Positions 36,721 through 50,002 of a stretch of DNA of 64,000 bases are shown piece after piece. A program made the position numbers and the translations under genes. The stretch lies in contig NC_043002.1 in the NCBI RefSeq assembly GCF_006345805.1, forward strand, positions 10,974,001 to 11,038,000. Direction: 5' to 3'. Within the stretch, counting starts at the first letter, position 1. Every line of letters begins with the position of its first letter. Under the pieces are notes generated by a model. It was not told where the DNA came from, made no database searches, and saw nothing but the letters and a program-made list of their open reading frames with translations. The DNA comes from Octopus sinensis (lineage: Eukaryota).

Positions 36721-36839
36721 AGTACCGAATCAGTATTAAAATACTGGGGTAGATTGATTCGACTAAAACCTTTCACTGTAGTTCCTCGGCATAGCCGCAA
36801 TCCAATGACTCAAACAAAAGATATATCACTGTTTTAAAA

Positions 36840-37365
36840 CTTACGTTGCAAAATTTAGAGAGGCCAGAACTAAAAGAGCTACTGAAAAGGAATTTTCTGT
36901 ATCAGAGAAAGTTATGAGATTGTGGACAATAAAAAGAATCTTTACAAGCAATACCAAATAAAAAGGGTTCGTAGAGATGAAATAGGCTCTTTATCCTGAG
37001 ACGGAGAAAGAATTATTACATTGGGTCGTCAATCAGAGGGGAAGTGATTACATTGTAACTCTGAGACAGATAAGATAGAAGGCTACCAATATATCTCTTA
37101 ATCCATCATTTAACGCTTCGAATGGATGGACTGAACATTTTATGGTGAGAAATTTGATTAGTTTGCGACAGAAAGCCAAGATATCTCAGAAACAATCACA
37201 TGACTTAGAAGAAAAGGTAATTTTGTTTGACACTTATATTTTGTAGCAAAGAAAGCAGAAGGATTTTCAATTTAGACTCATTGGGAATTTGCATGAAACC
37301 CTTATGGTTATTCTCTCTGGAAACGATACAGTAGAGACCAAAAGAAAGACGATTATTGATGAGAA
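36840..37365 (+). pseudogene. pogo/Tigger-type transposase remnant (CENP-B-type HTH to start of DDE)
   Basis: LYPETEKELLHWVVNQRG..FNASNGWTEHFMVRNLISLRQKAKISQKQSHDLEEKV..IGNLHET..TVETKRKTI, with stops; no TIR found. Confidence 0.8.
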
Positions 37366-37530
37366 GACTTTACTCTTTTACTTGTTTCAGTCACATGACT
37401 GGGGTCATGCTGGAGCACCGCTTTTAGTGCCTCAAAGGATGCATTTTACTCAGGTATTTTTGTGAAGGGTCGCTGATATTTAAGTGAAATGGGTTACCAA
37501 AGAGTGGGAAAATGTCACCAGAAGTATTGC

Positions 37531-37569
<39 letters not shown>

Positions 37570-37744
37570 CTGGACATATTCTGAATAGAAAAGAAATGCA
37601 ATAGAAATTTTGATACTTTACCTTCTTGAAACCCATTCCGAACCCCTGCATTGACAACATATATAAGAAGAGCCTTCAAGACAAAATATCAAGCATGTCC
37701 TTAATTACCGACAGAATATGACAACAAACTGTTTTAAATTATTT

Positions 37745-37924
37745 ACATTATTTACATTTGACGGTTGTTAACACAACGTTTCGGCTGGTATACCCTCCAG
37801 CCTTCATCAGGTGTCTTTGAGAAATTTCGAACCTGGGTTCTCATTCTTAAGATATTTTTCGATGTTATTATTATCATCATTATTATTATTATTATTATTA
37901 TCATTATTATTATTATTATTATTA

Positions 37925-37969
<45 letters not shown>

Positions 37970-37990
37970 TCACTACCTTGAATCGAACTA
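37745..37990 (-). mobile_element. Third copy of the hammerhead-bearing SINE (head mostly lost)
   Basis: Intact hammerhead gacac-CUGAUGA-a-ggctg..cagcc-GAAA-CGUU-gtgtt at ~37769-37815; expanded (AAT)n; B-box remnant. Confidence 0.88.
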
Positions 37991-37991
37991 T

Positions 37992-38162
37992 ATATATATA
38001 CAACGGGCTTCTTTCAGTTTCCATCTACCAAATCCACACACAATGCTCTGGTCAGCCCGAGGCTATAGTAGACGACATTTGCCCAATATGCCACACAGTG
38101 GGACTGAACCCGGAACCATGTGGTTAGTAAGCAAGCTGCTTACCACACGGCCACTCCTGCTC
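37992..38162 (-). mobile_element. SINE family C, 5' half
   Basis: Head and CORE-like box, reverse complement. Confidence 0.8.
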
Positions 38163-39133
38163 CGATGTTTTCATTTTCAATTTTTTAAATTTTTATTTCC
38201 TAATTTTTTTTACTTTGGATTTTTTAATATTTGATAAGATGGCGTTGGATTAGAGAAATCGGTAAAGCATCTGACAGAAGATCTTGAAGTGGCAAGCTGG
38301 CGCAATGATTAGCATGCCCGTTCTTGGTTCAAATTCCATCGAAGTCGGCCTTGCCCTTCGTCATTTCGAGATCAATAAACTAAGTAGTAGTCGACTTAAA
38401 CCAATCCCTGAAATTTCTGGCCTTGTGGCAAAATTTGAAATCATTATTTGATAAGACGGTATTTGATAAACTGGTAACAGTTTGTAAAAAACGTCCCTTA
38501 ATGTAGCAAATATAAAAATGCCTATCCTGTCCGATTGAAGGAAAAAAGGTAAAAAGAATCTTTAAACATTTTTCCATACTGTCCCCGCTTCTTTTTACTT
38601 ATCACTTTTAATTTGTATGGATTCTTAACCCTGGGGTGCATCCATCTATTCTTACAACACCATTGCACCTCCAGCAATTAGCACACGAGAAATAAAAGAA
38701 ATATAGAGATGTATAGAGTAGCTTCTTAATAACCAATTGATGTAGGAAATACAGTAAAGAACCGCAGAAACTTTGGCTACGTTGCAGCTGGACTACCAGA
38801 AAGCCGATAGTGGTATATCACATTGTAATATTAACAAAGCATTACAATTAGCCAATTTTGCACAAACATTGGTAATTGCTATTCTATGCGTAAAACATTA
38901 CCTCCGACAGGTGAAACAGAAATCAAATATGAAGACATATGTTACTAAAAATACATCCTGTTTGGTGCTAGCTTATTGTTACTGTTCTTTGTTCGCTCGT
39001 TAAATCTTTTATCCCACCTGCTCACTAAGCATAAGTACCATCATTTCATACACATCTCTCAACAAATCTTTTTGGACAATCTGAGTCAGTATAGGCCAAG
39101 TATTGATCACATCAAAATCAAAAATAGACAGGA

Positions 39134-39501
39134 GTTAGTTAGTTAGTTAGTTAATTTTTTGGCTCAAAAGCAAAAGGCAAGGCCATGTAGGGAGACATGG
39201 AGTTAAGTACACGGTGGTGTTCATGTAAAGAGTTCAGGCCACTTGAGGTCAAGGGAGGCTTTGAACAAAGCGGTCGTCGGCATCTTCACCATCTCGTCTG
39301 GCAGCTTGTTCCACGGATCCGCAACCCGGACGGAGAAAGCTCCTCTCCGATTGAGATGAAATCGTCGCAGGTAGAGCTTTTCGGAGTGACCCCGCAGCCG
39401 ACGCTCTGGAGCAGGAGTGAAGAACAGCTCTTTCGAGAGGTTACACTTTCCGCTTATGATGTTGTGAGCGAGAATGAGATCACCACGGCGGCGGCGTTTT
39501 T
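39134..39501 (-). mobile_element. CR1-type LINE 3' fragment with (TAAC)n tail
   Basis: RRRGDLILAHNIISGKCNLSKELFFTPAPERRLRGHSEKLYLRRFHLNRRGAFSVRVADPWNKLP; same family as 52873-54042. Confidence 0.9.
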
Positions 39502-39564
39502 GTCTAACCGCTCGTGAAATTGTGTCTTGTGTCTTCTGTTGCTAATGCTTTTTAAGCGCCGTTA

Positions 39565-39870
39565 GATGTAACATAGACAGTAATTGCTGTTTGTGTTTGT
39601 CAAGCTGCTCGTAAATCCCCAAAGTCCATCCCCTCCTCACCGTGGTGGGGACGCTGGCAACGGGTAGTGTCAGAGCTATGCCATCGGAAGCTTCGGTTCC
39701 TGGTAGGGCCACCCAAGGCGGATTGGTCTGACACCGAGTGGTAATAGGGCCACAACCCGGCAGACACAACCCCTGGTGAAAATACTCGGAGTGTCTGTTT
39801 CGGCAACCGGCGGCTCCTCGGTCCTTCTGTCCCTGCGTCTGCGGACAATCTGCGGTAAACAGGATGTCTC
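39565..39870 (-). mobile_element. Probable RTE-type LINE 5' UTR fragment, inverted
   Basis: GC-rich block with gggtggccctaccagga..gatggcatagctct, recalled as typical of RTE 5' UTRs. Confidence 0.5.
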
Positions 39871-39884
39871 CACATGCGGGATTG

Positions 39885-40124
39885 TTAGGGACCCCTTGTG
39901 AAATCCACGTATTCCCACGAAACTTCTTCCATGAATTCTCAATGGCGAATACAATGGCAACATCGGCCTGCGCCGATGGAACCGTGACTGGCTCGCTATC
40001 TCCAGTGAACTGGCGAAGGACTGTCGTGCGTGGGCTGCCATGGTTCGAGATGCCTCGAGGGTGGTAGAAGAAGCCGACTCAACCCGCCCAGGGTGAATGT
40101 CGCCACAAGTACAAGTAAGTAAGT
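39885..40124 (+). mobile_element. RTE LINE 3' end
   Basis: GLRRWNRDWLAISSELAKDCRAWAAMVRDASRVVEEADSTRPG* followed by a caagtacaagtaagtaag tail. Confidence 0.8.
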
Positions 40125-40263
40125 GAAGCAGTGTATTTTGTTCCTAGCGGGTTTCTTTTTAACTGCCGTCGATATCAAAGAAGTAGTCGTACTCGGACAC
40201 CAGTTGTCTTCCAGCACTCCTGTGTAGTGTATGTGTGTATGTGATAAAGGAACGTATTGTTTT

Positions 40264-40497
40264 AGGCGGCGAGCTGGCAAAATCATTAGCACGCCGGGCG
40301 AAATGCTTAGCGGTATTTCGTCTGCCGCTACGGTCTGGGTTCAAATTCCGCCGAGGTCGACTTTGCCTTTCATCCTTTCGGGGTCATTTAAATAAGTACC
40401 AGTTACGCACTGGGGTCGATGTAATCGATTTAATCCGTTTGTCTGTCCTTGTTTGTCCTTTCTGTGTTTAGCCCCTTGTGGGTAGTAAAGAAATAGG
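40264..40497 (+). mobile_element. SINE family A
   Basis: Full copy; TSD gtattgttttag. Confidence 0.9.
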
Positions 40498-41177
40498 TAT
40501 TGTTTTAGTTTGAAATCAATGGCTGGTTATTCGTCGGTTTCAGCGATGAATATTCAGCTATTCAACCATCTGAATTTATATGATACTCCTGAAATAAACG
40601 TGTAAAGCAGCTCAGCTATTCCTAAAACCAACGTGCACCGTCCTTGCAATTTTCAAGCCCATACAGCACAACACATTGTGACCAAGCTTCACCAGTATAA
40701 TATCTGTGAAATCCAGAACGAAAAGGCGAGAATAGAAACTACCCTAATACTGGACTCGTACTTATCGACTCCGAAAAGAATCCCTTTGACAGAATTTGAA
40801 CTCAGAAAGCAAAGACACTGACCGAATTCCATAAAGCATTACCGTTTCGATGCTTTATGGATTTTACCGGATCGTCTGCTTTTTAATTAGATACGCCATA
40901 AGCGGCAAAAGAATCATGGCATATCAGTATCAGAAACTCGAGCATCTAGTTTTATTTTTCCCTTCTGACAACCATTTTGTCGACATTATAAATCAAATTC
41001 TTGACGATATCATATCATCCGTTGACTGATTCTCTTATGAACTAATTCATATATTTAAATTGTTGAATTGAATGTTTTAATTGAAAAATGTCAGCGGAGT
41101 GAGAACATTTTTTTTTCAACTGTGTAGACCAGCTTTTACGAAAGCTTGAATACTTTACGACGTTTGGCTGCAAACCT

Positions 41178-41252
41178 GACGATGATGATGACGACGACGA
41201 CGACGATGACAACGACGACGATGACGACGACGACGATGACAACGACGACGAC
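41178..41252. repeat. (GAT/GAC)n trinucleotide repeat
   Basis: Direct reading. Confidence 0.9.
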
Positions 41253-41720
41253 ACGGTGATAACGAGGAAATCCATTCAGTTGATTTATGTCTTAAATACA
41301 AAACTATAACCACGCGATGATTTACTGCGTCTCCGAGACAAACCAAATTTTGCCTCTCGTGACAAATATGACAAATGAGATTTCATTTATAAATAGCATT
41401 CGCTAGTTAAAAGTAAATTTCATTACTTATTCAGAAAATATTCTGAAGTGGGTGAACTTTAAATACTAACCTGCGGACAAACGAAGGCCAGAAATTGACA
41501 CGGGTTTCCGTTAATCTTCATATTCTTTTCTACTCTTGGCACAAGACCCGAAATTTTGGGGGAAGGAGTCAGTCGATTAGATCGACCCTAATACGCATTT
41601 GGTACTTAATTCATCGAGCCTCTAAAGAATGAAAGGTAAAGTTGACCTCGGCGGAATTTGAATCACCATATTACATTGCTAGATCTACAAATGCAGTGAC
41701 GTATAATAGTTTATAAATGA

Positions 41721-42118
41721 ACTAGCAGTATCGCCCGGCGTTGCTCGGGTTTGTAAGGGAAATAACTATATAAGCATTTTTAGAGAGTTATAGCCAAAAT
41801 ATAGCAAAAAAATGCATTAAAAATGGAAAAAAAATTATGGTAATTTTTTTTTAAATCGTTGACTCATCGTAGACATTTTTAGAGAGTTACTTCCCTTATA
41901 TAATAGCGAAAAAATTCATTAAAATGGAAAAAAATGATGGTAAATTTTTTTTAAATCGTAGACTCATCGTAGACGCGCGCTAATACCCAGAAGGGCTCGA
42001 TATGAATCACGACTATAAGATACCCGGTTTTGGTTAAACTGCACCGCAAAATGTGGGAGTAGTTAGGAATCTAAATCGTAGGAGACAGACACACAACTTC
42101 TCTTTTATATATAAAGAT
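41721..42118 (+). mobile_element. Non-autonomous Helentron-type element (HINE/DINE-1/Lep1-like)
   Basis: 5' actagcagtatcgcccggcgttgctcggg; 3' acagacacacaac..ttttatatataaagat; no TSD or TIR; sister copy at 47357-47756. Confidence 0.75.
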
Positions 42119-43089
42119 TACACAACAACAACGGTACACATACATGCATGTCTTATCCTACTGCAAACTTCAGACACACACCGCACGTACACACATATAC
42201 GCAGCGCTAAAATGCTGTATCATTTATATTTGTTGGAATAAGAAAGATCCAATGAAATTCGAACTTTGCATCGTAAAATGTATGACGACAATAAGCTTGG
42301 GTAAATATAATTTAGATTAACATAACAACAATACATGAAATGCTTGCATGAAAAACATGAATGGAAAGATGACAGCGAACAGGTTACAGAAAGACATTAA
42401 AAAACAGAAGTACAATGAGATAAAAGTGTTAGAAGAAACAGTAATAATAATAACTATGGGATATGCTGATGCGGGTTGAACAAATAGCGCGTATAAGAAT
42501 AATGTAACAACGAAATGAAAGATAACAGACGACAACACAGAGAACACAATAAAGCGACTAAAGGAAACGTAGATAATTATATAAAAGGTTCATATGGAAA
42601 TAAAGCATAACAGCTCTAAGAATAATGTAACAATGAGATGAAAAGACAACGGTTAAAAGAATGCTCTCACTTAAATCTCGTTAAGTGTAGCTAGATGTGA
42701 ATTTATTATCCAAATGCATATTTAGGTTCCTTGAATAGAAATCGTCCTTGGTCCAACAAGAGAATTTTTATATTTCATGACAAATATCACAACTGAAATT
42801 CTCACACAAATAGCATTCCTTCATTAGACTTTAAGATATTTTGTTTTTCATTCCAAGATACGTGAGTGAGTTCTGGCGCAGAATAAACTATGGCGGGCAT
42901 ATACTGACGAGAGTCGGGAAATGCTGATAATGCGCAGAAAACTTAAATTATTACTGGATTTGCTCATTATAGAGTTTGGCATCGTTACTGAATTAAGCCT
43001 GGAGGGAATGAAGATTTAAATATCATGCGAATTACACCACACGAATCACATACCGACCAACGTCTCGCACTTTCACAGTTTTACAACTC

Positions 43090-43250
43090 AGGCAGGAGTG
43101 ACTGTGTGGTAAGTATCTTGCTTACCAGCCACATGGTTCCAGGTTCAATTCTACTGCGTGGCACCTTGGGCAAGTGTCTTCTACTATAATCTCGGGCCTA
43201 CCAAAGCCTTGTGAGTGGATTTGGTAGATGGAAACTGAAAGAAGCCTGTC

Positions 43251-43282
<32 letters not shown>

Positions 43283-43512
43283 GTGTGTGTATGTTTGTGT
43301 GTCTGTGTTTGTCCCCCCAACATCGCTTGACAACCGATGCTTGAACGTTTACGTCCCTATAACTTAGCGGTTCAGCTAAAGAGACCGATAGAATAAGTAC
43401 TAGGCTTACAAAGAATAAGTCGTGGGATCGATTTGCTCAACTAAAGGCGGTGCTCCAGCATGGCCGCAGTCAAATGACTGAAACAAGTAAAAGAGTAAAA
43501 AAGTAAAGAGTA
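43090..43512 (+). mobile_element. SINE family C, full length
   Basis: Head, CORE-like box, microsatellite, and tail with (aaaagagt)n. Confidence 0.9.
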
Positions 43513-43561
43513 ATAATTCATTGTCTGAATTGTTTATTCTTGGAAATCCAACCGTAAAGTG

Positions 43562-43833
43562 TAATGACAGTTGCTTCTGACAGGATCCGATAGAAGAGGT
43601 ATCTGAGGACTCCAACACCCACGACCCTCCAGGAAGAGTGGACGAAGAAGACGGATGGACAGTTGTAAATATAAAAGAGAGCAGTTATAGCAGTAGATGT
43701 AGGACAGTATTGACAACACGATAAAACGTTGTTAACGATGATGAAAAGGTTATGTGTAGATAACATACAGCAGTAAAAAAGGTAACGAGTAACGACCCAC
43801 CTCGAGCCATGAATGACCTTTGAATTGCACCTA
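43562..43833 (+). repeat. ~270-bp segment duplicated at 44861-45132
   Basis: Direct repeat at offset ~1.3 kb; reads DPIEEVSEDSNTHDPPGRVDEEDGWTVV, resembling low-complexity ORF1 sequence. Confidence 0.85.
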
Positions 43834-43879
43834 GAAAGGTATCCTTTGAGACACAAGTCCGAGCAAGGTTGTTTATGGA

Positions 43880-44095
43880 AGACTAGTAGTCACTCATGCA
43901 TACCAGCCTTTCCTCTCCACGCCACCGATGTTACCCAAGGGAAATGCAAAGACCAATACAGCTTGGCACCAGTGACGTCGCATCATTTCTACAGTTGAGT
44001 GAACTGGAGTAACGTGAAATAAAGTGTCTTGCTCAAGAACACAGTTCAAATCCCGGTCCTGGAAACGAACTCACTACCTCATGATTGTGAGTGAG
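43880..44095 (-). mobile_element. SINE family D remnant
   Basis: gtgaactggagtaacgtgaaataaagtgtcttgctcaagaacac..gaactcactacctcatgattgtgag. Confidence 0.65.
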
Positions 44096-44442
44096 CCAGC
44101 AGTGGCTATAAGAAACATGTGACATTGAAATGATAAGAAAAATAACTATGAAGATATTATAGACAACGATTGTAGGAATCAAATCGTGAGTGATGAATAG
44201 TTACAAAAATATTGGAAGAGAAAAACATCACCATTCAATTTGAAAAGATATTGATATTATAGCAATATTTTATGAGAAATATTAAATGGTGTAAGTTTAT
44301 TCAATACCTAATGCAGCACTCTAATAACATCCGTCTCCTGTTAAATTTGAGGTATGATTTATGATTTATGATGTCGGGTTTTTTTTTTTAGATGTTGCAT
44401 CTTTTTTGCCGTGACAGTAACATAGCCATATCTTATTTCATT

Positions 44443-44661
44443 ATAGCCCACAAAGGCTAAACACAGAAAGGACAAACAAGGACAAAGATATTAAGTCGAT
44501 TATATCGACCCCAGTGCGTAACTGGTACTGAATTTATCGACCCCTGAAAGGATGAAAGGCAAAGTCGACCTCGGTGGAATTTGAACTCAGAACGTAGCGG
44601 CAGACGAAATACCGCGAAGCATTTCGCCCGGCGTGCTAACGTTTCTGCCAGCTCGCCGCCT
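44443..44661 (-). mobile_element. SINE family A
   Basis: Full copy. Confidence 0.9.
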
Positions 44662-46275
44662 TTGGTAACATATCCATGTCTGCTGTGCTTAATTGTTTCC
44701 GGAAGCAAGTGCCCAGCCATCCACTAACGGATACACCACGAAGGAGAGACAAGTCGATATGTTCTCAGTATTCATGCAGCCTCTCGGAAGGTCCTCATCT
44801 GGTTGGGTCCGTTGGAATGTCCGTGAGTAATCTTTTTCCGCAGGCACTTCCGTGACTTGCTAATGACAGTTGCTTCTGAGAGGATCCGATAGAAGAGGTA
44901 TCGGAAGATTCTAACACCCACGACCCTCCAGGAAGAGTGGACGAAGAAGATGGATGGACAGTTGCAAATGTAACAGAGAGCAGTTATAGCAGTAGATGTA
45001 GCACAGTATGGGCAACACGATAAAACGTTGTTAACGATGATGAAAAGGTTATGTGTAGATAACATACAGCAATAAAAAAGGTAACGAGTAACGAACCACC
45101 TCGGGCCATGAATAACCATGGAATTGCACCTATAGTTAGGACCTCAGCAGGTGCTACGAGTCGGGGTCGGAGTAAAGCTAGAAACATAGGTGGCTAAGAA
45201 GTCTTTCCACATTCCACAAAACCCTGGAACTCCCTGGCTAGCGCTTCGCTATCGTATGCAGTTTAAAGCCATCTACACAGAACGGGATTTTCAAATGCAA
45301 TTAGTAGATGCGCAACCCTCACTTCTTTTATATACATCAACGTATAAGACACCTAACACCGAACTATCACCGAATAAAACCAAGATATATATTTATTATC
45401 TGAAGATCATTTGTTCCCAAAATAGCAATGTACTTGGACCACACTTAGACATTTTCTTTTTTATGACAAATGGAAGAACTCTAAATTACTTGTACAAAAG
45501 TATTTGTTCGTTAAACTGAAGAAAAATGATAAAAACAAAAACATTTTCGTTTTTAGTCTTCAACAATATTCCTGAATTAGGCCTGGTTCAAACTCAAACG
45601 TCTGACATATATTAGATCAGAAACTGATGATAATGTAAATAAAGCTGACAAGACGAGTAGTGTTTTGGCTTAAATGCTGGCATTATTTTTACATTAAACA
45701 CGGAAAGGGTGAAGAATAAAATATTAGATTTGATTAATACAGCCATAAATAACAGGCAATTCTCACAGTTATACAACACACACATGTATACACACACGCA
45801 CGCGGATCCACACACAAATATACGTACACAGTGTTACACAGAATAGTACTACAATTACGAGAATTGTGCATTTATAGAGGTCTGAATATAAAAAAATATA
45901 TAATTATTCTGACAAGACTAAGTATAGTAATAATTCAAAAGTTCACGAAAACTATTGCGTCTCTTCTCCGTTCATGCGTTTTCTTTTGACTCCAGATTGC
46001 ATCCATAAATCAGATCGTGTCTGTCTGTCTGTGTGTGTCTGAATGTGTGTGTGCGTGTGTGTGCGCGTACGTGTGTGTGTGTGTGTGTGGTGTGTGTGTG
46101 TGTGTGAGTGTGTGTGTTCGTGTAGCCTATATAGTACATTCATAAACAGGGCTAATTTGGCTCGTTTCTCCGTAGATTGAAAAAATTATCAACCTAAATC
46201 GATTTTCGAATCTCATTCGATTCTTGTCAGTGGTGTTTACATCGATTTGACCTTGTATATGTATGCATGTCTGTC

Positions 46276-46285
46276 TGTATATATA

Positions 46286-46347
<62 letters not shown>

Positions 46348-46518
46348 TATAGACATATATATATGTATGTATACATATAGGTGTGTATATGTATATATGT
46401 ATATAATTATATATATATATATATGTTTGTATATATTTATGTATGGAAATGTATGCTATATATATATGCATATATATATGCATATATGTATATATATATG
46501 TGTGTATATATATGTATA

Positions 46519-46560
<42 letters not shown>

Positions 46561-46646
46561 GGCCCTCACACACTCACATACATACATCATGCATACATAT
46601 ATATATATATATATGCCCTCACACACGCACATACATACATGCATAC

Positions 46647-46719
<73 letters not shown>

Positions 46720-46754
46720 ACATACATGCATATATATATATATATTATATATAT

Positions 46755-46803
<49 letters not shown>

Positions 46804-46829
46804 TATTATATATATATATATATATATAT
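46276..46829. repeat. (TA)n/(TACA)n compound microsatellite
   Basis: Direct reading. Confidence 0.95.
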
Positions 46830-47356
46830 TGAAACAAGTCAGACATACATCAGTTTTTAATCGTATTCTCCTGATTATCGTCTGCGCGACAGCACGAGCC
46901 GTTCGCCGCCGGCGGCATACAATAGTAGTAATGATGCTGAACAAAAGCTCATAAAAAAGGTAGGAATTAAAATGGATGAAGTAACTGAAACGAGACTTAA
47001 GGTGATACAACTTCTGGGTGAATATAATTTAGACTGAAAGGCCAACGGTAATGAAAATATGTTTGAAAGAATGAAGAGAAAAGACTGAACAATGATGATA
47101 GAAAAAAAAATACTGTAAATATAATGAGATAAAACAGCTGATGGAGATATCGTTGACGATACGATATCGATGTTGATATAAGAGATAGCAGCTTTTAGTG
47201 CAATATAACAATGAGATGAAAAGATAACAAATGAAAGAACGATGCATAATTTAAAAGGAAAAGCTAATATTAAAATATTATGGTGTATATTGATAGCATC
47301 TAACTCCTGTTAAATATGATAAGGCATGAATTTATAACACCTTGCTCCTATTTAAT

Positions 47357-47756
47357 ACTAGCAGTATCGCCCGGCGTTGCTCGGGTTTGTAAGGGAAATA
47401 ACTATATAAGCATTTTTAGAGATGTAAAGTATAATAGCCATCTCAATATGGCTAACAACAAAGGGGTGGGGATGTTACTGTAGCTTTTTACGTTCTGAGA
47501 TTTAATAATAAATTTTTAGAGAGTTACTTCCCTTATATATGCCAAAAATGCATTAAAAATGGGATAAATTGATGGTAATTTTTTTTTTTTAAATCGTAGA
47601 CTCATCGTAGACGCGCGCTAATACCCAGAAGGACTCGATATGAATCACGACTATAAGATACCCGGTTTTGGTTAAACTGCACCGCAAAATGTGGGAGTAG
47701 TTAGGAATCTAAATCGAAGGAGACAGACACACAACTTCACTTTTATATATAAAGAT
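47357..47756 (+). mobile_element. HINE-like element, second copy
   Basis: Same termini as 41721-42118; internal segment differs. Confidence 0.75.
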
Positions 47757-48037
47757 TTTATATAGAGAGATAAGGATACGCTGTTGTGAAATATAACGTT
47801 CGTTGGTAATGTGCGAATGATATTAAATGCAAGATGTAAATTCATAACACTTAATTCACATTGAAATATACGAGGCGCGAATGCGACAGGAAAACCAATC
47901 GTATTTTATGGGGCCATTGGCAATTGCTAAAAACTGAGGCAGATAATAATGGTGTCAGAATATAGCTATTGTTTTATGCTTTTGTTTTTAGTTATGTAAG
48001 GGTTGGCGCATAATTATTGCGGGTTTTTTCTTTCAAC

Positions 48038-50002
48038 AACTGCTATGTCATTTTATCGATCTCGTTTGGCAAAACCGCTACGTCATTTAATCCATCTCGT
48101 TTGGCGAACCGATACGTCATTTTATCGATCTCGTTTATCGAACCGCTATGTCATTTTATTGATCTCGTTTAGCGAATCGCTATGTCATTTAATCCATCTC
48201 GTTTGGCGAACCGATACGTCATTTTATCGATCTGGTTGGCGAACCGTTACGTCATTTTATCGATCTCCTTTGGCGAACCGCTACGAACATCTGTCATTTT
48301 ATCGATCTCGTTTCGTTAACCGCTACGTCATTTTATCGATCTCGTTTGTCGAACTGCTAGACATTTTGTCGATCTCCTTTGGCGAACCGCTACGTCATTT
48401 CATCGATCTAGTTTGACGAACCGCTACGTCATTTTATCGATCTGGTTTATCTAACCGCTACGTCATTTTATCGATCTCGTTGGCGAACTGCTACATCATT
48501 TTATCGAACGCGTTTGGCGAACCGCTATGTCATTTTATCGATCAGGCTTGACGATCCGCTATGTGATTTTATCGCTCTCGGTTAGCGAACCATTACGTCG
48601 TTTTATCGATCTCCTTTGGCGAACCGCTACGTCATTTTATCGATCTCGGGGCGAACTGCTACGTCATTTCATCGACCTCGTTTGTCAACCCTATACGTCA
48701 TTTTATCGATCTTGTTTGACCAACCGCTACGTCGTTTTATCGATCTCGTTTGGCGAACCGCTACGTCATTTTATCGATATCGTTGGCGAACTGCTACATC
48801 ATTTTATCGAACGCGCTGGGCGAACCGCTATGTCATTTTATCGATCTGGCTTGACGATCCGCTATATAATTTTATCGCTCTCGGTTGGCGAACCGCTACG
48901 TCATTTTATCGATTTTGTTTGTCGAACCGTTACGTCATTTTATCAATCTCGTTTGTCGAACCGCTACGTCATTTTATCGATCTCGTATGACGAAACGCTA
49001 CGTCATTTTATCGATCTCGTTTGGCGAACCGATACGTCATTTTATCGATCTCGTTTGTCGAACCGCCACGTCATTTTATCGATCTCGTTTGTCGAACCGC
49101 TATGTAATTTTATCGATCTCGTTTGACGTATCGCTATGTCATTTTATCGATCTCCTTTGTCGAACCGCTAAATAATTTTATCGATCTCGTTTGGCGAACC
49201 GCTACATCTTTTTATAGATATCGTTGGGCGAACCGCAACGTGATTTTATTGATATCATTTGGAGAACCGCTAAGTCATTTTATAGATCTTATTTGGCGAA
49301 ACGCTATGTCATTTTTTCGATACATTTGGCGAACCGCTACTTCATTTTATCGAACTTGTTTCCAGAACCGCTAAGTCATTTTATCGATCTCGTTTGGCGA
49401 ACCGCTATGTCAATTTATTGATCTTGTTTGGCGAACCGCTACGTCATTTTATCAATCTCGTTTCGCGACACCATTACGTCATTTTAACGATCTCATTTGG
49501 CGAACCAGGACGACATTTTATCGATCTCGTTTGGCGTACAGCTATGTCTTTTTATCGATCTCGTTTGGCTACTTCATTTCTCATCGATCTCGTTTGACGA
49601 ACTGCTCCGCCATTTTATCGATCTGGTTTATCGAACCGCCGCATCATTTTATCGATCACCTTTGGCGAACCGCTGCTTCATTTCATCGATCTCGTTCGAC
49701 GAACCGCTACATAATTTTATCGATCTGTTTTGTCGAACAGCTACGTCATTTTATCGATCACCTTTGGCGAACCACTACGTCATTTTATCGATCTCGTATG
49801 GCGAACTGCTAAGTCATTTTTTCGATCACGTTTGTTGAACCGCTAAGTCATTTTATCGGTCTTGTTTGGAAAAGCGTTACGTCATTTTATCGATCTGGTT
49901 TGGCGAACCGCTAACTCATTTTATCGATCTCGTTTGTCGAACCGCTAAGTCATTTTATCGATATCATTTGGTGAACCGCTAAGTCATTTTATCGATCTCG
50001 TT
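48038..50002. repeat. 34-bp minisatellite, ~58 units
   Basis: Consensus ttggcgaaccgctacgtcattttatcgatctcgt; contiguous units with no spacers. Confidence 0.95.

Noticed and set aside
39700-39870. HDV-like ribozyme in the putative RTE 5' UTR
   Set aside because: I could not assemble the nested double pseudoknot by eye; needs a descriptor search.
41042-41346. Poly-Ser/Arg/Asp ORFs
   Set aside because: Translation of a (GAT/GAC)n trinucleotide repeat.
48003-49838. Many overlapping ORFs up to 199 aa; CRISPR-like periodicity
   Set aside because: Products of a stop-poor 34-bp satellite; units are contiguous with no unique spacers and no cas genes.
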